A stretch of 64,000 nt of DNA from Octopus vulgaris (taxonomy: Eukaryota), in the NCBI GenBank assembly GCA_951406725.2, contig OX597830.1:31248001-31312000 (forward strand), written 5' to 3'. The position numbers were made by a program, and so were the translations under genes. Below, piece by piece: positions 45,653 through 58,902 of this stretch. The notes under the pieces are model-generated. The model saw nothing but the letters and a program-made list of their open reading frames with translations, searched no databases and was not told where the DNA came from. Numbering within the stretch: position 1 is the first letter of the stretch; every line of letters begins with the position of its first letter.

Positions 45653-45844
45653 ATACGTGTGTAGGGATATATTTGTATATAAGTGGGGAGAGAGTGAGAG
45701 AGAGGAGGGGGAGAGGGAGAGGTAAAGAAGAAAGCGAGACAGGTCTGTGTGTATATGTGTGTGTGTTTGTGTGTGTATGTATATATATGTTTGTACACAC
45801 TTGGCTATAGATTGATAGATAAATATATAGACAGCTAGACTGTC

Positions 45845-46135
<291 letters not shown>

Positions 46136-46367
46136 TGTTTAGACACTTGTAGTGTATCGCATATTTCTGTGTGGAAGTATATTTTACGTTACGGTTCACA
46201 CATCTTGGCATCGAATTCTTTGTTTAGTTGTTATTTTAATAAAAGACCAATATACCATCAAAACACCATGCCTGGAGGAGAGATTACCAAAAAAGAAAGC
46301 CTCAATAATATGGTGCAAGTGATCGCAAAAGTGCGATCGCAGTTCTTGACCGATTACGTCAGCATAA

Positions 46368-46432
<65 letters not shown>

Positions 46433-46447
46433 CACTACCACTACTAC

Positions 46448-46638
46448 CAGTTGAGTTTCCTTTATCCGAAATTCTCAAATCCGGAAAACGTTCAAAATCT
46501 GAAGATATTTTTTTGAATAGTGACATCAAGACCACAACAGGGGGAAAAAAAACCCCCAAAAACCCATGCAAATATAAAAATACTGCAGAATCCGAATATC
46601 CAATTTTCGCAATATTTCGGATAATGGATTCTCTTCTA
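46448..46638. mobile_element. Degenerate Tigger-like MITE
   Basis: cagttgagtttcctttatccgaaat vs atttcggataatggattctcttcta form imperfect TIRs; flanked by (CTA)n. Confidence 0.55.
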
Positions 46639-46675
46639 TACTACTACTACTACTGTATTTACAACACCGCAAAGT

Positions 46676-46727
<52 letters not shown>

Positions 46728-46797
46728 TGTATATGTACATGTAGAGGTAGGTACGTACATATATGTTTATATATATGCATATGTTTTATTTCATTTA

Positions 46798-46917
<120 letters not shown>

Positions 46918-47361
46918 TTGTAGGGACCAGTTAATTAAATAACATCATTATTTTGCTGAAATCCGTTTATGTATATAACCATATTTAATTAATTATTTAT
47001 CTTATGATTTATCCAATCATTTAATCCCGGATTAATGAAGACGATTGGAATTCGAAATGAGAAACGTGAAAAGATATATACCATTTTGTATGGTTGCACA
47101 CTGAGAATTCTGTCAACACGAATGTTTCCTCACATAGGCACAAGTCCATTATCTGTGAAGGATGTGATATAATCGATTACTTCGATTTCTTTTAGAATTT
47201 TTACGTCTCCTGATTTTATCTTTTGCGCACAAAAAACCTTGACCTTTTTTTTAAACATATACTTATATTTTCTATCCGACTCACCGACTATTTTACACAC
47301 TCACACACACTTATACGCTCCCACACCCCCATACACACATACACACACATAACTAAATAGC

Positions 47362-47463
47362 ACTTCATATTTGAGGCTCTGACGAAGCTGTAAGGTGTTA
47401 CACAGGCACTCAACTATGAGTCTACTGCGTCTTATAGCAGAAATAGCTATAAGCTAATGAAGT
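47362..47463 (+). ncRNA. Type I hammerhead ribozyme motif with palindromic stem III
   Basis: ggct-CTGACGA(47379-47385)-a-gctgtaag...cttatagc-a-GAA-ATAGCTAT-A-agct. Outer stem I acttcat/atgaagt, 8-bp stem II, AUA cleavage triplet ending at 47451. Confidence 0.7.
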
Positions 47464-47811
47464 TCATAAGTTAAGCGTTTATTCCTTTGTCATGTCATTT
47501 TCTTCCTCTCTCTCTCTTTCTCTCTCTCTCTCACACATACATACACATACATTCTTGCATACATTCATAAATATATACACACACGCACACATATATATGT
47601 ATATATGAATATATTTACTATTTAAAATACTTTGATTCGGTTCTATGTGACTTATAGTTTCGTAGGCTTCTTACAGAAACCTAGCTCATCGGGCTGGAAT
47701 ATATGTAACTCCTACTAAATATGCTACATGCCTCTTACTTTCGTTTATCCACTCATACCTACGTGTGTGTGTATATGAATATATATGTATGTATGTATAT
47801 ATGTATGTATG

Positions 47812-47845
<34 letters not shown>

Positions 47846-47851
47846 TGTATG

Positions 47852-47900
<49 letters not shown>

Positions 47901-47955
47901 GTATGTATATGTACATATGTATACACACACACACATATATATATATATACATATG

Positions 47956-48011
<56 letters not shown>

Positions 48012-48051
48012 TAGATGCATACATACGTACTTACGTATGTATATTGTGAAT

Positions 48052-48372
48052 GCGCGTGGCTTAATGGTTAAGGTATTTTGATCACGATCGTAAGGTTGTG
48101 AGTTCAATTCCCGGCAACGTATTGTGTCCTTGAGCAAGACACTTTATTTTCACGTTGCTCCAGTCCTTTCACCTGGCAAAAATGAGTAGTACCTGTATTT
48201 CAAAAGGCCGGCCTTGTCACATTCTGTTTCACACTGAATCTCCCCGAAAACTACGTCAAGGGCACGCATGTCTGTGGATTGCTCAGCCACATGCACGTTA
48301 ATTTCACGAGCAGGCTGTTCCGTTGGTCGGACCAACTGGAACCCTCGTCGTCGCAACCGACGGAGTGCCAGT
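48052..48372 (+). mobile_element. Full-length family-C tRNA-derived SINE
   Basis: A box tggcttaatggt, B box gagttcaattcc, central gtgtccttgagcaagacac...ttgctccagtcc domain, probable TSD gtatattgt. Confidence 0.85.
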
Positions 48373-48565
48373 TAAGTATATTGTTGACGTCATAGGAATT
48401 TAGAAACTTGGAGAGCGTGAAATGATTTTATTTAGGAACGGCGGGAATGCACAGGTACATAGATGTATATATGAACGTTCGTACATATCCACAACATATT
48501 TTCTAACTGGTTCCTGTATGCCGTTTCATATTGTATTCATATATAGGCGTTATTTGTCATGAAAA

Positions 48566-48981
48566 GGCGGCGAGCTGGCAGAAACGTTAGCACGCCGGGC
48601 GAAATGCTTAGCGGTATTTCGTCTGCGTTACGTTGTGAGTTCAAATTCCGCCGAGGTCGACTTTGCCTTTCATCCTTTCGGGGTCGATAAATTAAGTACC
48701 AGTTACGCACTGGGGTCGATGTAATCGACTTAATACCTATGTCTGTCCTTGTTTGTCCCCTCTGTGATTAGCCCCTTGTGGGTAATAAAGAAATAGGTAT
48801 TTCGTCTGCCGCTACGCTCTGAGTTCAAATTCCGCCGAGGTCGACTTTGCCTTTCATCCTTTCGGGGCCGATACATTAAGTACCAGTTACGCACTGGGGT
48901 CGATATAATCGACTTAATCCGTTTGTCTGTCCTTGTTTGTCCTCTCTGTGTTTAGCCCCTTGTGGGCAGTAAAGAAATAGG
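48566..48981 (+). mobile_element. Family-B SINE with tandem second (5'-truncated) unit
   Basis: ggcggcgagctggcag head, B box gagttcaaattcc, gcctttcatcctttcggggtcgataaattaagtaccag (Nin/Deu-like domain). Second unit starts ~48796. TSD tatttgtcatgaa / tatttgtgatgaa. Confidence 0.9.
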
Positions 48982-49697
48982 TATTTGTGATGAACAGACT
49001 TCTGTAACAGTTCAGAAGAAGAATTAGCTTTAACTACGTGTACCCCATAAAATTTGTGTCATTTTATGTTGGTTTTTATTTTGTCAACTAAGGACTTTAA
49101 CATATTTGAGTGTCCACCTCATTACCTTAGAGTGGAAAAATAAGGATTGTTTTAACATATTTAATAGATTTTGCAAACATTGTTTAGTCGTAATGTAATA
49201 TGGCTTCCTCTGGGAAGAGTGAGGAAACGTTAGCCGCAAACGTTGTAGTAATGGATATGATCCCCACTTCGCTACGTCAACCTTACTTGAGATTTAGAAA
49301 CCAATGCACGGATTTTGAAAAGATAAATAAATTTAAAAAATAAAAGGTAGGAAAAAAAATCATGACAGTTGAACAAGCAGACACAGTTGTGAACAGAGTC
49401 ATTTACACACTTTAACATATGGAAATTTTAAAATATATATATATATATATTAAAACGTAGTGTTAGCCTTAATAACAAAACCACCGACAACAGCCATTGC
49501 CAGCAATGCGAATCAGAGGGAAGCACTCGACATGGGTCAGATAAAGGAAAGGAAAGAAAGAACAGAAGGAAAGAGAAGAGAAAATGTGAATGTGTCACAA
49601 AAGACAGCAAACTTCTGGGAAGATGAATTCACCAGGGAGAGCGCAAGGGGAAAATCGGCGTATCTCTGCTTCTCAAACAACAACAACAACAATCATC

Positions 49698-49902
49698 ATT
49701 TCTACTAAAGGCACAAGGCCTGAAATTTTGTGGGAGGGAACTAAGTCGATCACATCGAGCCCAGTTTTTGATTAGTACTTAATTTATCGACCCCGAAAGG
49801 TTGAAAGGCAAAATTCAACCTTGGCGGAATTTGAACTCAGAATGTATTCGATGGGTGACATACCGCTAAGCATTTCGCCTGGCATGCTATAACGATTTTG
49901 CC
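49698..49902 (-). mobile_element. Family-B SINE, alternative tail
   Basis: agtacttaatttatcgaccccgaaaggttgaaaggcaaa...ggcggaatttgaactcag...taccgctaagcatttcgcc. Confidence 0.8.
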
Positions 49903-51725
49903 ATAACCCGGAGAAGTAAATAACCCAATACCAGTTGTCAAACGGGGAAAGGGGGGGGGGAAACACAATAACAAAAACGCGTACACACGCTTACACACAT
50001 ACACATACACGCACACACAACACACACATACACACATATGTGCACACACACACACACACGCATATGCACATACACACACACACGCATGCACAATTATCTA
50101 TATTATTCTACTCTTCATGACATCCGTGTTTTCGAGTGTTACGCTTTTAAGAACCTAAACCACTGAATAGGATCGTAGATGTGCGACATTATCGATATCT
50201 TTAGTATATGGAACCGATATTATAAAGATTTTCAAATTTATGCAACAAAATAGAAATAGAATATGAAATTTCCAAGTGTTCAGTCACTAAAAGAAGAAAG
50301 AAAGAAAGAAAAAAAAAAGAAAAGAGAAAGGTAGTTTAGCAATGATTACGGAGGTTTACTTGCCAGACAAGTGATTTGATCTGAGATCGTCTGTTAAAAG
50401 TAAAACGATTGTAGCACTGGAGACACATGTTAATCATTCCAAAACTCACAAAACGCTGGTACTGTAGTCTCACAACATCAGAACGTTGTCAGTGACCAGG
50501 TCGCAGTTCGTGCGACGAAAATGTTGACACCATATTACAAACAATAACAAATGTTTAATGGAAGTTAACGGACTCTGTGTGCTTCCGAATGACTAACACG
50601 TGTCTTCCATGTTGCAATCGATAGACTGGAGTTTCCCCATTAATCTATTCAAGTCTAAAAAGCAGACATCACTGGAACTGCACCGGAGTGCTTCACAAAA
50701 GCATTTTGTATTAGAAGTTATTTATGTTATAAAGGCACCAAACTAGAGTACTTTTATTATTTCTTTCTATGCTGCAAGTTAAAGATATCTTCATTACAAA
50801 TGGTTTCTGGGGTTCTGTAGAGAAGTTTCAGTCATGGAGGACAGCTGAGCCTATCGACTATACCTTGTTCATGGATCACACGGATGGGGTTCGTTCCACT
50901 GTAAGAAACTAGGATTATCGTGATGTTTCGTACATAAGACTTCATTTAAAAACTTTAAAAACAAAACAAAAAAAAAAACTAAAAAAAACATCAGCAGTAT
51001 TTTATATCTGTCTAAAAAGATTGTTGGATTAGCCGAATCGTTAGAGAATCTGACAAAATATATTTTAGCTACGACTGTTGACGTCCGGAGTTCGAATCCC
51101 ACTGAAGTCAACGTTACCGTTCAACATTCCGTAATAAAGAACCATTCGTTCTATTGCCGTTAAAATAATTCACTATACTCACTCAACCCTTAAATTTGAA
51201 GCTTTTCTAATCTTCGATTTTCTTATTCACAAGTGACATATTTTACGTATGAACAGCACAACTCAAAATTCACACTTTGCCTTGTCACTGAATCTGTTAG
51301 AAATACTAGCCAATTCTTCCTCAAATCACACACCGCTGTCTTAAGATAATAATATAGATCCTGAGTTTGTCGTAGGTTAGCCTCCACGTAGAAATGAGAC
51401 TTCCTTTTGAAATTCTCCCTGAAGAAATACCCAATTGAATGGTTTCGAATATGAGGAATATGAATTGAATTTTATTTCTGTAGTTGAATTCATTGGGTAT
51501 GTAAACACCTGTGGGCAGGAATTTCTCCATTTGAATTTGAATGACTTTAGAATAAATAACATCTGTAGGTCAATTTTATCCATTTTCTACATTTTCTGAT
51601 TCATAATGTTTTAAAAATTGCTATGTGTTTCGGCGATAAACTAATACGCTTGGTTTTCATTGAACGCTAGTAAAAACAGGAGAACTAGGATGCTTGCATC
51701 CCTTAAGGGAATTTAGTTCCTTGTC

Positions 51726-51800
<75 letters not shown>

Positions 51801-51924
51801 TATGTATGTATGTATGTATTATATTATATTATATTGATAGGGTGGAAGGAGGGATTTCCGCATGTTGTGTTCTTTCTGTCCTACCTTTGATATTATATAC
51901 GTATGTATTATGTTATATGTCTAG

Positions 51925-52315
51925 CTTGTTTTAGTCATTGGACTGCAGCCATGCCGGACCACCATCTTAAGGAGCTTAGTCGGTTAAATCGATCCTAGGA
52001 CTCTTAATTAAAGCGTACTACTTATTCTTTTGGTCTATTTTGCCGAATCGCTACGTTAATGGGACGTGAACAAACCGACTCCGGTTGTCAAGCAATTGTG
52101 GGGGACAAGCAAGCACCAAGTCAAATAAACGGACACGCACACATACAAACATAGAGGCTGCTTTTATTTTCCATCTACCCAATCCACTCACTAGTATTTC
52201 GTCGGCTCGGGGCTATAATAGAGGACATTTCTCCAAGGTGCCACACAGTGGGACTGAACCCTAAAGCACGTAGACGCAAAGAAAGTTTCATAACCACATA
52301 GCCATGCCTGCTCCT
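51925..52315 (-). mobile_element. Diverged family-A SINE
   Basis: Colinear reverse complement of family A (tagtcattggactgcagccatgc...caaggtgccacacagtgggactgaacc...accacatagcc). Confidence 0.75.
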
Positions 52316-52319
52316 ATGT

Positions 52320-52395
<76 letters not shown>

Positions 52396-52572
52396 GTATA
52401 TGTGTGTGTCTGTGTGCAAAAGCTCGACTATCTTAGGAATACATATCTGTTGAATTAGGACTAGATATCAAAGAACTACAGCAAGAACTCAAACAAAGCT
52501 TCACCAGACAAGAGACACAACACTAAGTCACGAAATAACGATCAAATCCACTTTGGTGCTATGTTCAAATTC

Positions 52573-52641
<69 letters not shown>

Positions 52642-52647
52642 TATTAT

Positions 52648-52945
52648 CTAGGAATGATCAAGAAGGGAACCGAAAATTATATGAGAATGATCCCTGGCTT
52701 ACCATCCCTGCAAGAAGTGCAAAAGATTGTCTTAACTGGTACATCACACGTATTGAGAAGAGCATTGTCGATGTGAGAATTATTACTACCCATGTATTTT
52801 AATTTAACTTAAAAAAAAAATGAACGAACTATTGAGTTTAGTTTAATGGCCTACCAATGTATACTATGAGTTTCTTTGCCCTAGGAGTCGGGAAGACATT
52901 CGGCAAGAAATGGAAGCAAATTTGAAAGAAGAAAAAAAAGTAAAA
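52648..52945 (+). mobile_element. 5'-truncated R4/Dong-like non-LTR retrotransposon in (TAA)n
   Basis: ORF end LGMIKKGTENYMRMIPGLPSLQEVQKIVLTGTSHVLRRALSM* is typical of the RLE C-terminus of R4/Dong elements. About 170-bp 3' UTR; (TAA)n on both sides. Confidence 0.75.
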
Positions 52946-52988
52946 TAATAATAATAATTATTATTATTATTGCTATTATTATTATTAC

Positions 52989-53054
<66 letters not shown>

Positions 53055-53800
53055 CTTTTCTTTCTTCACCACTGAGGGTTTATATAAAAAGATTGGAGAC
53101 CGCACAGGACAAAACAACACAAACAAAAAATGAGAGATTTAACCATGTAAAAAAGTAATAACAATGAAATATATTATAACTTGGGTGTTACGTTATCATG
53201 GAAAGGGACCCTGTGAGACCCTTGACAACAGTTTGTTGCCCACTCTTACAGAATTAACCGGAGCAAGTGAAATCGAGAGCTCTCAGGAGTGAAATGAAAA
53301 CAACAGCAACAAGAACAACAACGACGATGACGACGACAACGACAACAACAATAATAAATTCAACGACGATCATCGAGAAAAATCGATGAAAGCATCGCGT
53401 GAATGTAAAATATCTTAAAACAAAACAAACAGACGGAAGAAGAAAAAAAAACTATTTCTATCAATAAATCTGAAGACCAATAAATCCCCACAAAACGTTA
53501 TAATCTTGTTTACAAAATCACATATTTAAATATCGAATCCTTACAGTCATTCAACGTAGTTAATGTACTTATGGAGGTCTCGTATTTATTTCATAGCTCT
53601 TTTTTTTTGTGTCGAACCGCTAAGTTACAGGATATAGAAAAACAAAACAAGAATGTTATTTAGGGTGCTTTCGTAGCATATTCTTAAGAAACCTTACGAG
53701 TTAATCCAATTATGTATACTTATTCACATGTATACATACATACATACATACATACATACATACATACATACATACATACATACATACATACATACATACA

Positions 53801-54187
53801 GCGGATGTTAACATAATGAAGATCAGTGAAAAAGAGAACACCTATGCTGAACTATTGAGAAATCTGCAGTTACTCAATCCAGATCACAAGTTCTGGTTTA
53901 TACCTGTAATTATTGGGGCCATGGGATATGTAACACACTGCCTAAATACCAATCTTGAGAAACTGGGCTTCTCAGGACCAGAAAGGAGAAAGCTAATTCG
54001 AAGACTGCAGATCCAATACATCACTAGAACTGTAAAAATCTGTAAAACTTTACAGAAGTTTATCATTTAGATATATATATATGAGCATGTCTAGATATGC
54101 AACTATATGCATGAGAATATATACATAAACATACAAATCTGCACATACATACATAAACATACATACATACATACATACATACATACA

Positions 54188-54223
<36 letters not shown>

Positions 54224-54365
54224 TACATACATACATACATGCATGCGTACAAACATACATACATACACTGTTGATGTTGAAATTCCAAAGAAACTGGTTC
54301 TCAGTTAGAAACTGGTTCTTTCTCTATTGGCAAGAAATCTTGAAATAAACTGAATAATAACATAC
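53801..54365 (+). mobile_element. 5'-truncated RLE-type (R4-like) retrotransposon in (TACA)n, copy 1
   Basis: KISEKENTYAELLRNL...FIPVIIGAMGYV...LEKLGF...LQIQYITRTVKICKTLQKFII* has the EK..Y..L / PVIIGAxG RLE signature. Directly preceded by (TACA)n. Confidence 0.8.
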
Positions 54366-54398
54366 CTACATACATAATACATACATACGTACGTACAT

Positions 54399-55183
54399 TA
54401 TAGACCTGACATAATGTTTTGGAATAGAGAAGCGAAACTGTGTACAGTTGCAGAAATCTTCTGCCCAACGGATGCTAAGATAAAGCTAAAGATCAGCGAA
54501 AAAGAAAATCCCTACGCTGATCTATAGAGAAATTTGTAGCTACTCTATCCAGATTACAAGTTCAGGTTTCTACCTGTAATTATTGAGGTAGTTGTGATAC
54601 GTAGCACATTGCCTAAGTACCAATCTTGTGAAATTAGGTTTCTCAAAACCAGAAAGAAGGTTGTTTTGAAATTACAGATTGAATCCTTCACAGGAATTGT
54701 ACAAATCTGTAAAACTTTCCAGAAGTTTATCATATAAGCATACATGAGCATGTCTAGACATGCAACTATATGCATGAGACATAGGCGGCGAGCTGGCAGA
54801 ATCGTTAGTACGCCGGGCGAAATGCTCAGCAGTATTTCGTCTGTCGTTACGTTCTGTGTTCAAACACCGCCGAGGTCGACTTTGCCTTTCATCCTTTCAG
54901 GGTCGATAAATAAAGTACCAGTTATGTACTGGGGTCGATGTAGTTGACTTAATCCCTTTGTCTGTCTTTGTTTGTCCCCTCTATGTTTAGCCCCTTGTGG
55001 GCAATAAAGAAATATATATGCATGAGACATGCAACTATATTCATAAAATAAAGCATACAAATCTGCACATATATTTACATACATACATACACGTACACAT
55101 ATATACATACATACAAAAATGCCCTGTTGAATCTCTTCCTCTATTGGCAAGAAATCTTGACATAAAACTGAATAACAACATAC
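54399..55183 (+). mobile_element. Second, more decayed copy of the same RLE retrotransposon, with a SINE in its 3' UTR
   Basis: YRPDIMFWNREAKLCTVAEIFCPTD...KISEKENPYADL*RNL*LLYPDYKFRFLPVII includes the catalytic RPD motif. Same 3' end, ctattggcaagaaatcttga...aactgaataa. Confidence 0.8.
54784..55014 (+). mobile_element. Family-B SINE with 16-bp TSD
   Basis: Full consensus; TSD tatatgcatgagacat at 54767-54782 and 55015-55030. Confidence 0.9.
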
Positions 55184-56589
55184 ATTCATCTACACACACA
55201 TGTCCATTTGTCTCCAAGCAATAAGATTGGATGGATTTGTCCGTAACGGCTTGTCATCTTCGGTGAATTTTTGAATCTTCTGGTTATCTCCGCTTCTCAT
55301 AAGGAGATCTTCCCAATTGCTATTTGGGAACTGGGACATAACTTCTCGAAAATAATTTCGGTAAACCAACAATTTATATTGTATAGTATTTGATATACCT
55401 GTATTTGTCGACTTTGTTAATATACATTGCCACAGGACACTCTGAGCTATTTCTCTGAGCAAAAACACTTCGTCTCACGTGGCTCTGTGATTACTTCGAT
55501 ATCTGAAGTGTGGTTCACCATACACCTGTACTAGCGATGTAGATTTGTCTGGAGGGACTGAGCTAATGTACAACTATTATAGTTGATCCTATAAACAAAG
55601 CATTTGCGCACGTTGTTCATCAAGAAATTGCAAAAACCATCTTTTTCGGACCAGAAGAAACTGTCATCTATCTATCTGTCTGTCTGTCTGTCTGCCTGCC
55701 TGCCTGCCTGTCTGTCTGCCTGCCTGCCTGTCTGTCTATCTGCTTGTCTATCTATCTATTCAGTTAGCTATCTAATCGCGCGCACGCACACATGCATGCA
55801 TACATATATTCATCCATCTCCATCCATCCATCCATCCATCCATCCATCCATACATACATACCTATATGTATAGATGCAGGTACGTATCCGCACTTTCGAA
55901 AATTGATGTAAGGTCGAGCTGTTATTAAATACATATATAATTCCAGGTATATGTGTTATTTTCTTTCGTTCATTTGTTTTTTCTTTACACACACACAAAG
56001 ATAGGTAGATCGATACATAGATGACAGACAGATAGATAGCTGACAGGCAGGCAGACAGACAGACAGACGGACAAACAGACAGACAGACAGACAGACTGAC
56101 AGACAGACAGACGGACAAACAGACAGACAGACAGACAGATAGACAGATAGATAGATAGATAGATAGATAATGTTGATATCAGCATGTCTGTACTTCTTGC
56201 CATTTAAGTAAAAGTAAGAAACCGACAAACTTGGCGAAACATATTGTGAATCTTCTGCTTCTAATATTTATACAAACAATGGACATTCCTGGTGTGTTGG
56301 CCAAACGTATCAGACCATTTGCATCCAATCACCCATGTCTGAAAATAACTTCCGGGTATGAAATTCTAAGTAATGATACGTAGATTGCTCCAAGGTGATA
56401 GACACAATGCATTCAATCTACCCAGGTATTAAGTTATCTTTAATTTGTCTGCAAATGTTAACGTGTGAACAGAAATTCTTGCAAATGTAACCCCGTGACT
56501 GTATGTATGTATATAAGTATGTATGTTTATATTTATGTATGTTTATATGTATGTATGTATGTATGTATTTATGTATGTACGTATGTGAA

Positions 56590-56865
56590 GGTGCATAGCT
56601 CAGTGGTTGGAAATTTGGGCTTACAATCGTGAGGTTGTGAGTTCGACCGGGTTGTGTACTGTGTTCTTAAGCAAGACACAATTGTAGAAATGAGGTGCCG
56701 AAGTGTACCGGCCTCTGCTTTACCCTTGGACAACATCGTTGGTGTGAAGAGGTGAGACGGCTGGTCTTGCTCAAAACAACTTTACCTGGGTTTGTACCTC
56801 GGTGAGGAACCTCTTAGGTGCAATCCCATGCTTAATCGTGACCGAATGGAGTCTTACTTTTTACC
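56590..56865 (+). mobile_element. Diverged family-C SINE
   Basis: gcatagctcagtggttg...gaggttgtgagttcga...gtgttcttaagcaagacac; tail similar to the reverse complement of 40072-40250. Confidence 0.65.
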
Positions 56866-57220
56866 TTTATGTACACACAAAATACAAGAGCGCAAACACA
56901 TATATATCCATTTATGTTTCTTTTACAGGATTCATTCTTCGCACTTGGGCCACTTTAAACAATTTTTATATCCTGCGATGATTATTTCATCAGTTACAAC
57001 ATTCTTCCAATGATTTTAACCTGCATGTTATAAAACGCAGCTACAACGCGCTACTATTATGACTTCATTCAGAAGATGAGACCGAGACGTCGTTGAAACA
57101 TTACTAGACACAGGAATGTTATTGATCCAAATTTATTATAAAGGGATAACAAGGAAATAGGAAATACCTTCAGTAATAAAGATTAAACTAGAGTGCAGCA
57201 GCTATACATACATGCATATA

Positions 57221-57427
57221 CAGTAATCCCTCGCCATATCATCGTTCTTCTATCGCTCACTCAGTACATCGCAGATTTTTCTAGCTAATGCATGTGAATT
57301 TATATCGCGGACTCCTCAGGATATCGCAGGTTTCTGCGGCCGATAAGTATTTATATATTGTTTAGATTCTAATTATTTCTGTAGGAGGTTTTGGAACGTA
57401 ACACCCACGACAATCGAGGGATTACTG
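57221..57427. mobile_element. pogo/Tigger-like MITE
   Basis: Perfect 13-bp TIRs cagtaatccctcg / cgagggattactg; preceded by TA, followed by CA. Confidence 0.8.
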
Positions 57428-57775
57428 CAGATATAAAAATACTTAAGAAAAAGAGATGACACAGAAATGAACGATTAAGTTATGAAGTTCGTAACTTAAT
57501 GGTTTATTCGTCTGTCATCTTATTTCCTCATTACAACCTCGTACTTGACTAATACTTCGTTCAGAAGCACCCATATATTGAGTTCTACACCAAATTGTTA
57601 GTATCGCAATGCCTAAACAAAATATATAAATATTTATATAAAACAAAAAGAAGAATGGCGAATTATATATTTTTTTACTTCATAATTTGTAATCCAATAT
57701 GAATGACAAATTATGCAGTGACGGCAGCCTCTCGAGACCGAGAAAGACGGTTCTGTAATTTTTTGCTGAACAACC

Positions 57776-58342
57776 GGCGCAGGCATGACTGTGTAGAAAG
57801 AAGTTTGCTTCGCAACCGCATGCTTCCGGGTTCTAGGTAAGTGTTTTCTACTATAGCCTTGGGACGACCAAAGCCTTGTGAGTGGATTTGGTAGACGGAA
57901 ACTATATGTATATATATATAGTTAATCCAAACATGAACAAAGAGAAAACACAACGTGAGGACGTGGAACAAGTATAGTGTTATTGGACGCTCAGGAAAGG
58001 CAAGAAAGAAAGAGAATATAACGTTTCGAGCGGAGCTCTTCGTCAGAAACATAGAAAAAGGAAAGGTCCAAGGAAGGGAAGACGGAGAACGAAAATCGCC
58101 AACGATACACACACGGTCACACACACACATATATATATATATATGTTGTGTGTCTATGTTTGTTCCTCCTACCATCGCTTGACAACCGATGTTGGTGTGT
58201 AACCTGGCGGGTCAACAAAAGAGACCGATAGAATAAGTACTAGTCTTACAAAGAATAAGGACTGGGGTCAATTTGTTCGACTAAAGGCGTTGCTCCAGCA
58301 TGGCCGCAGTCAAATGATGGAAACCAATAAAAAGAATAAAAG
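57776..58342 (+). mobile_element. Family-A SINE interrupted by the hammerhead repeat
   Basis: Head 57776-57903 and 3' half 58145-58342 flank the insertion in the internal (TA)n. Confidence 0.85.
57921..58120 (-). mobile_element. ~200-bp hammerhead-bearing repeat, copy 3
   Basis: Minus strand 58016-58050 reads gttt-CTGACGA-a-gagc tcc gctc-GAA-ACGT-T-atat; cores and stem II intact. Confidence 0.75.
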
Positions 58343-58344
58343 AA

Positions 58345-58580
58345 AACCGGTAAAAATGATTTGTTTAAAGCGATCACATGTTCGTGCTGTACATGTACAT
58401 ACTCCCTTCAATCAAATCGACATTACCTGTCCAGGTATACAGGGAATCACATACCAGATGTCGAAGAGATCGCAGACGAAGTGTTTTGCTCGAAAACACA
58501 ACGCATCGCTCCGTCCAGGAATCGAAACCACTATCTCGCGATTGTGAGTGCAACACTCCCAACCACTACGCCATATGCCC
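58345..58580 (-). mobile_element. Diverged family-C SINE with another tail
   Basis: gaagtgttttgctcgaaaacacaacgcatcgc...ccaggaatcgaaaccac...aaccactacgcca. Confidence 0.6.
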
Positions 58581-58592
58581 TAACAAACTATA

Positions 58593-58809
58593 CTCTTTAC
58601 TCTTTTTACTCTTTTACGTGTTTCAGTCATTTGACTGTGGCCTTGCTGGAGCACCGCCTTTAGTCGAGCAAATCGACCCTAGGACTTATTGTTTGTAAGC
58701 CTAGTACTTATTCTATCTGTCTCTTTTGCCGAACCGCTAAGTTACGGGGACGTAAACACACCAGCATCGGTTGTCAAGTGATGTTGGGGGGACGAACACA
58801 GACACACAA

Positions 58810-58902
<93 letters not shown>

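Noticed and set aside
48052-48125. tRNA gene (also other A/B-box heads)
   Set aside because: The A and B boxes run straight into SINE bodies with TSDs; no complete cloverleaf.
57070-57105. CAGAAGA...gac/gtc...GAAAC hammerhead-like string
   Set aside because: Core mismatch, and no palindromic stem III or stem I.
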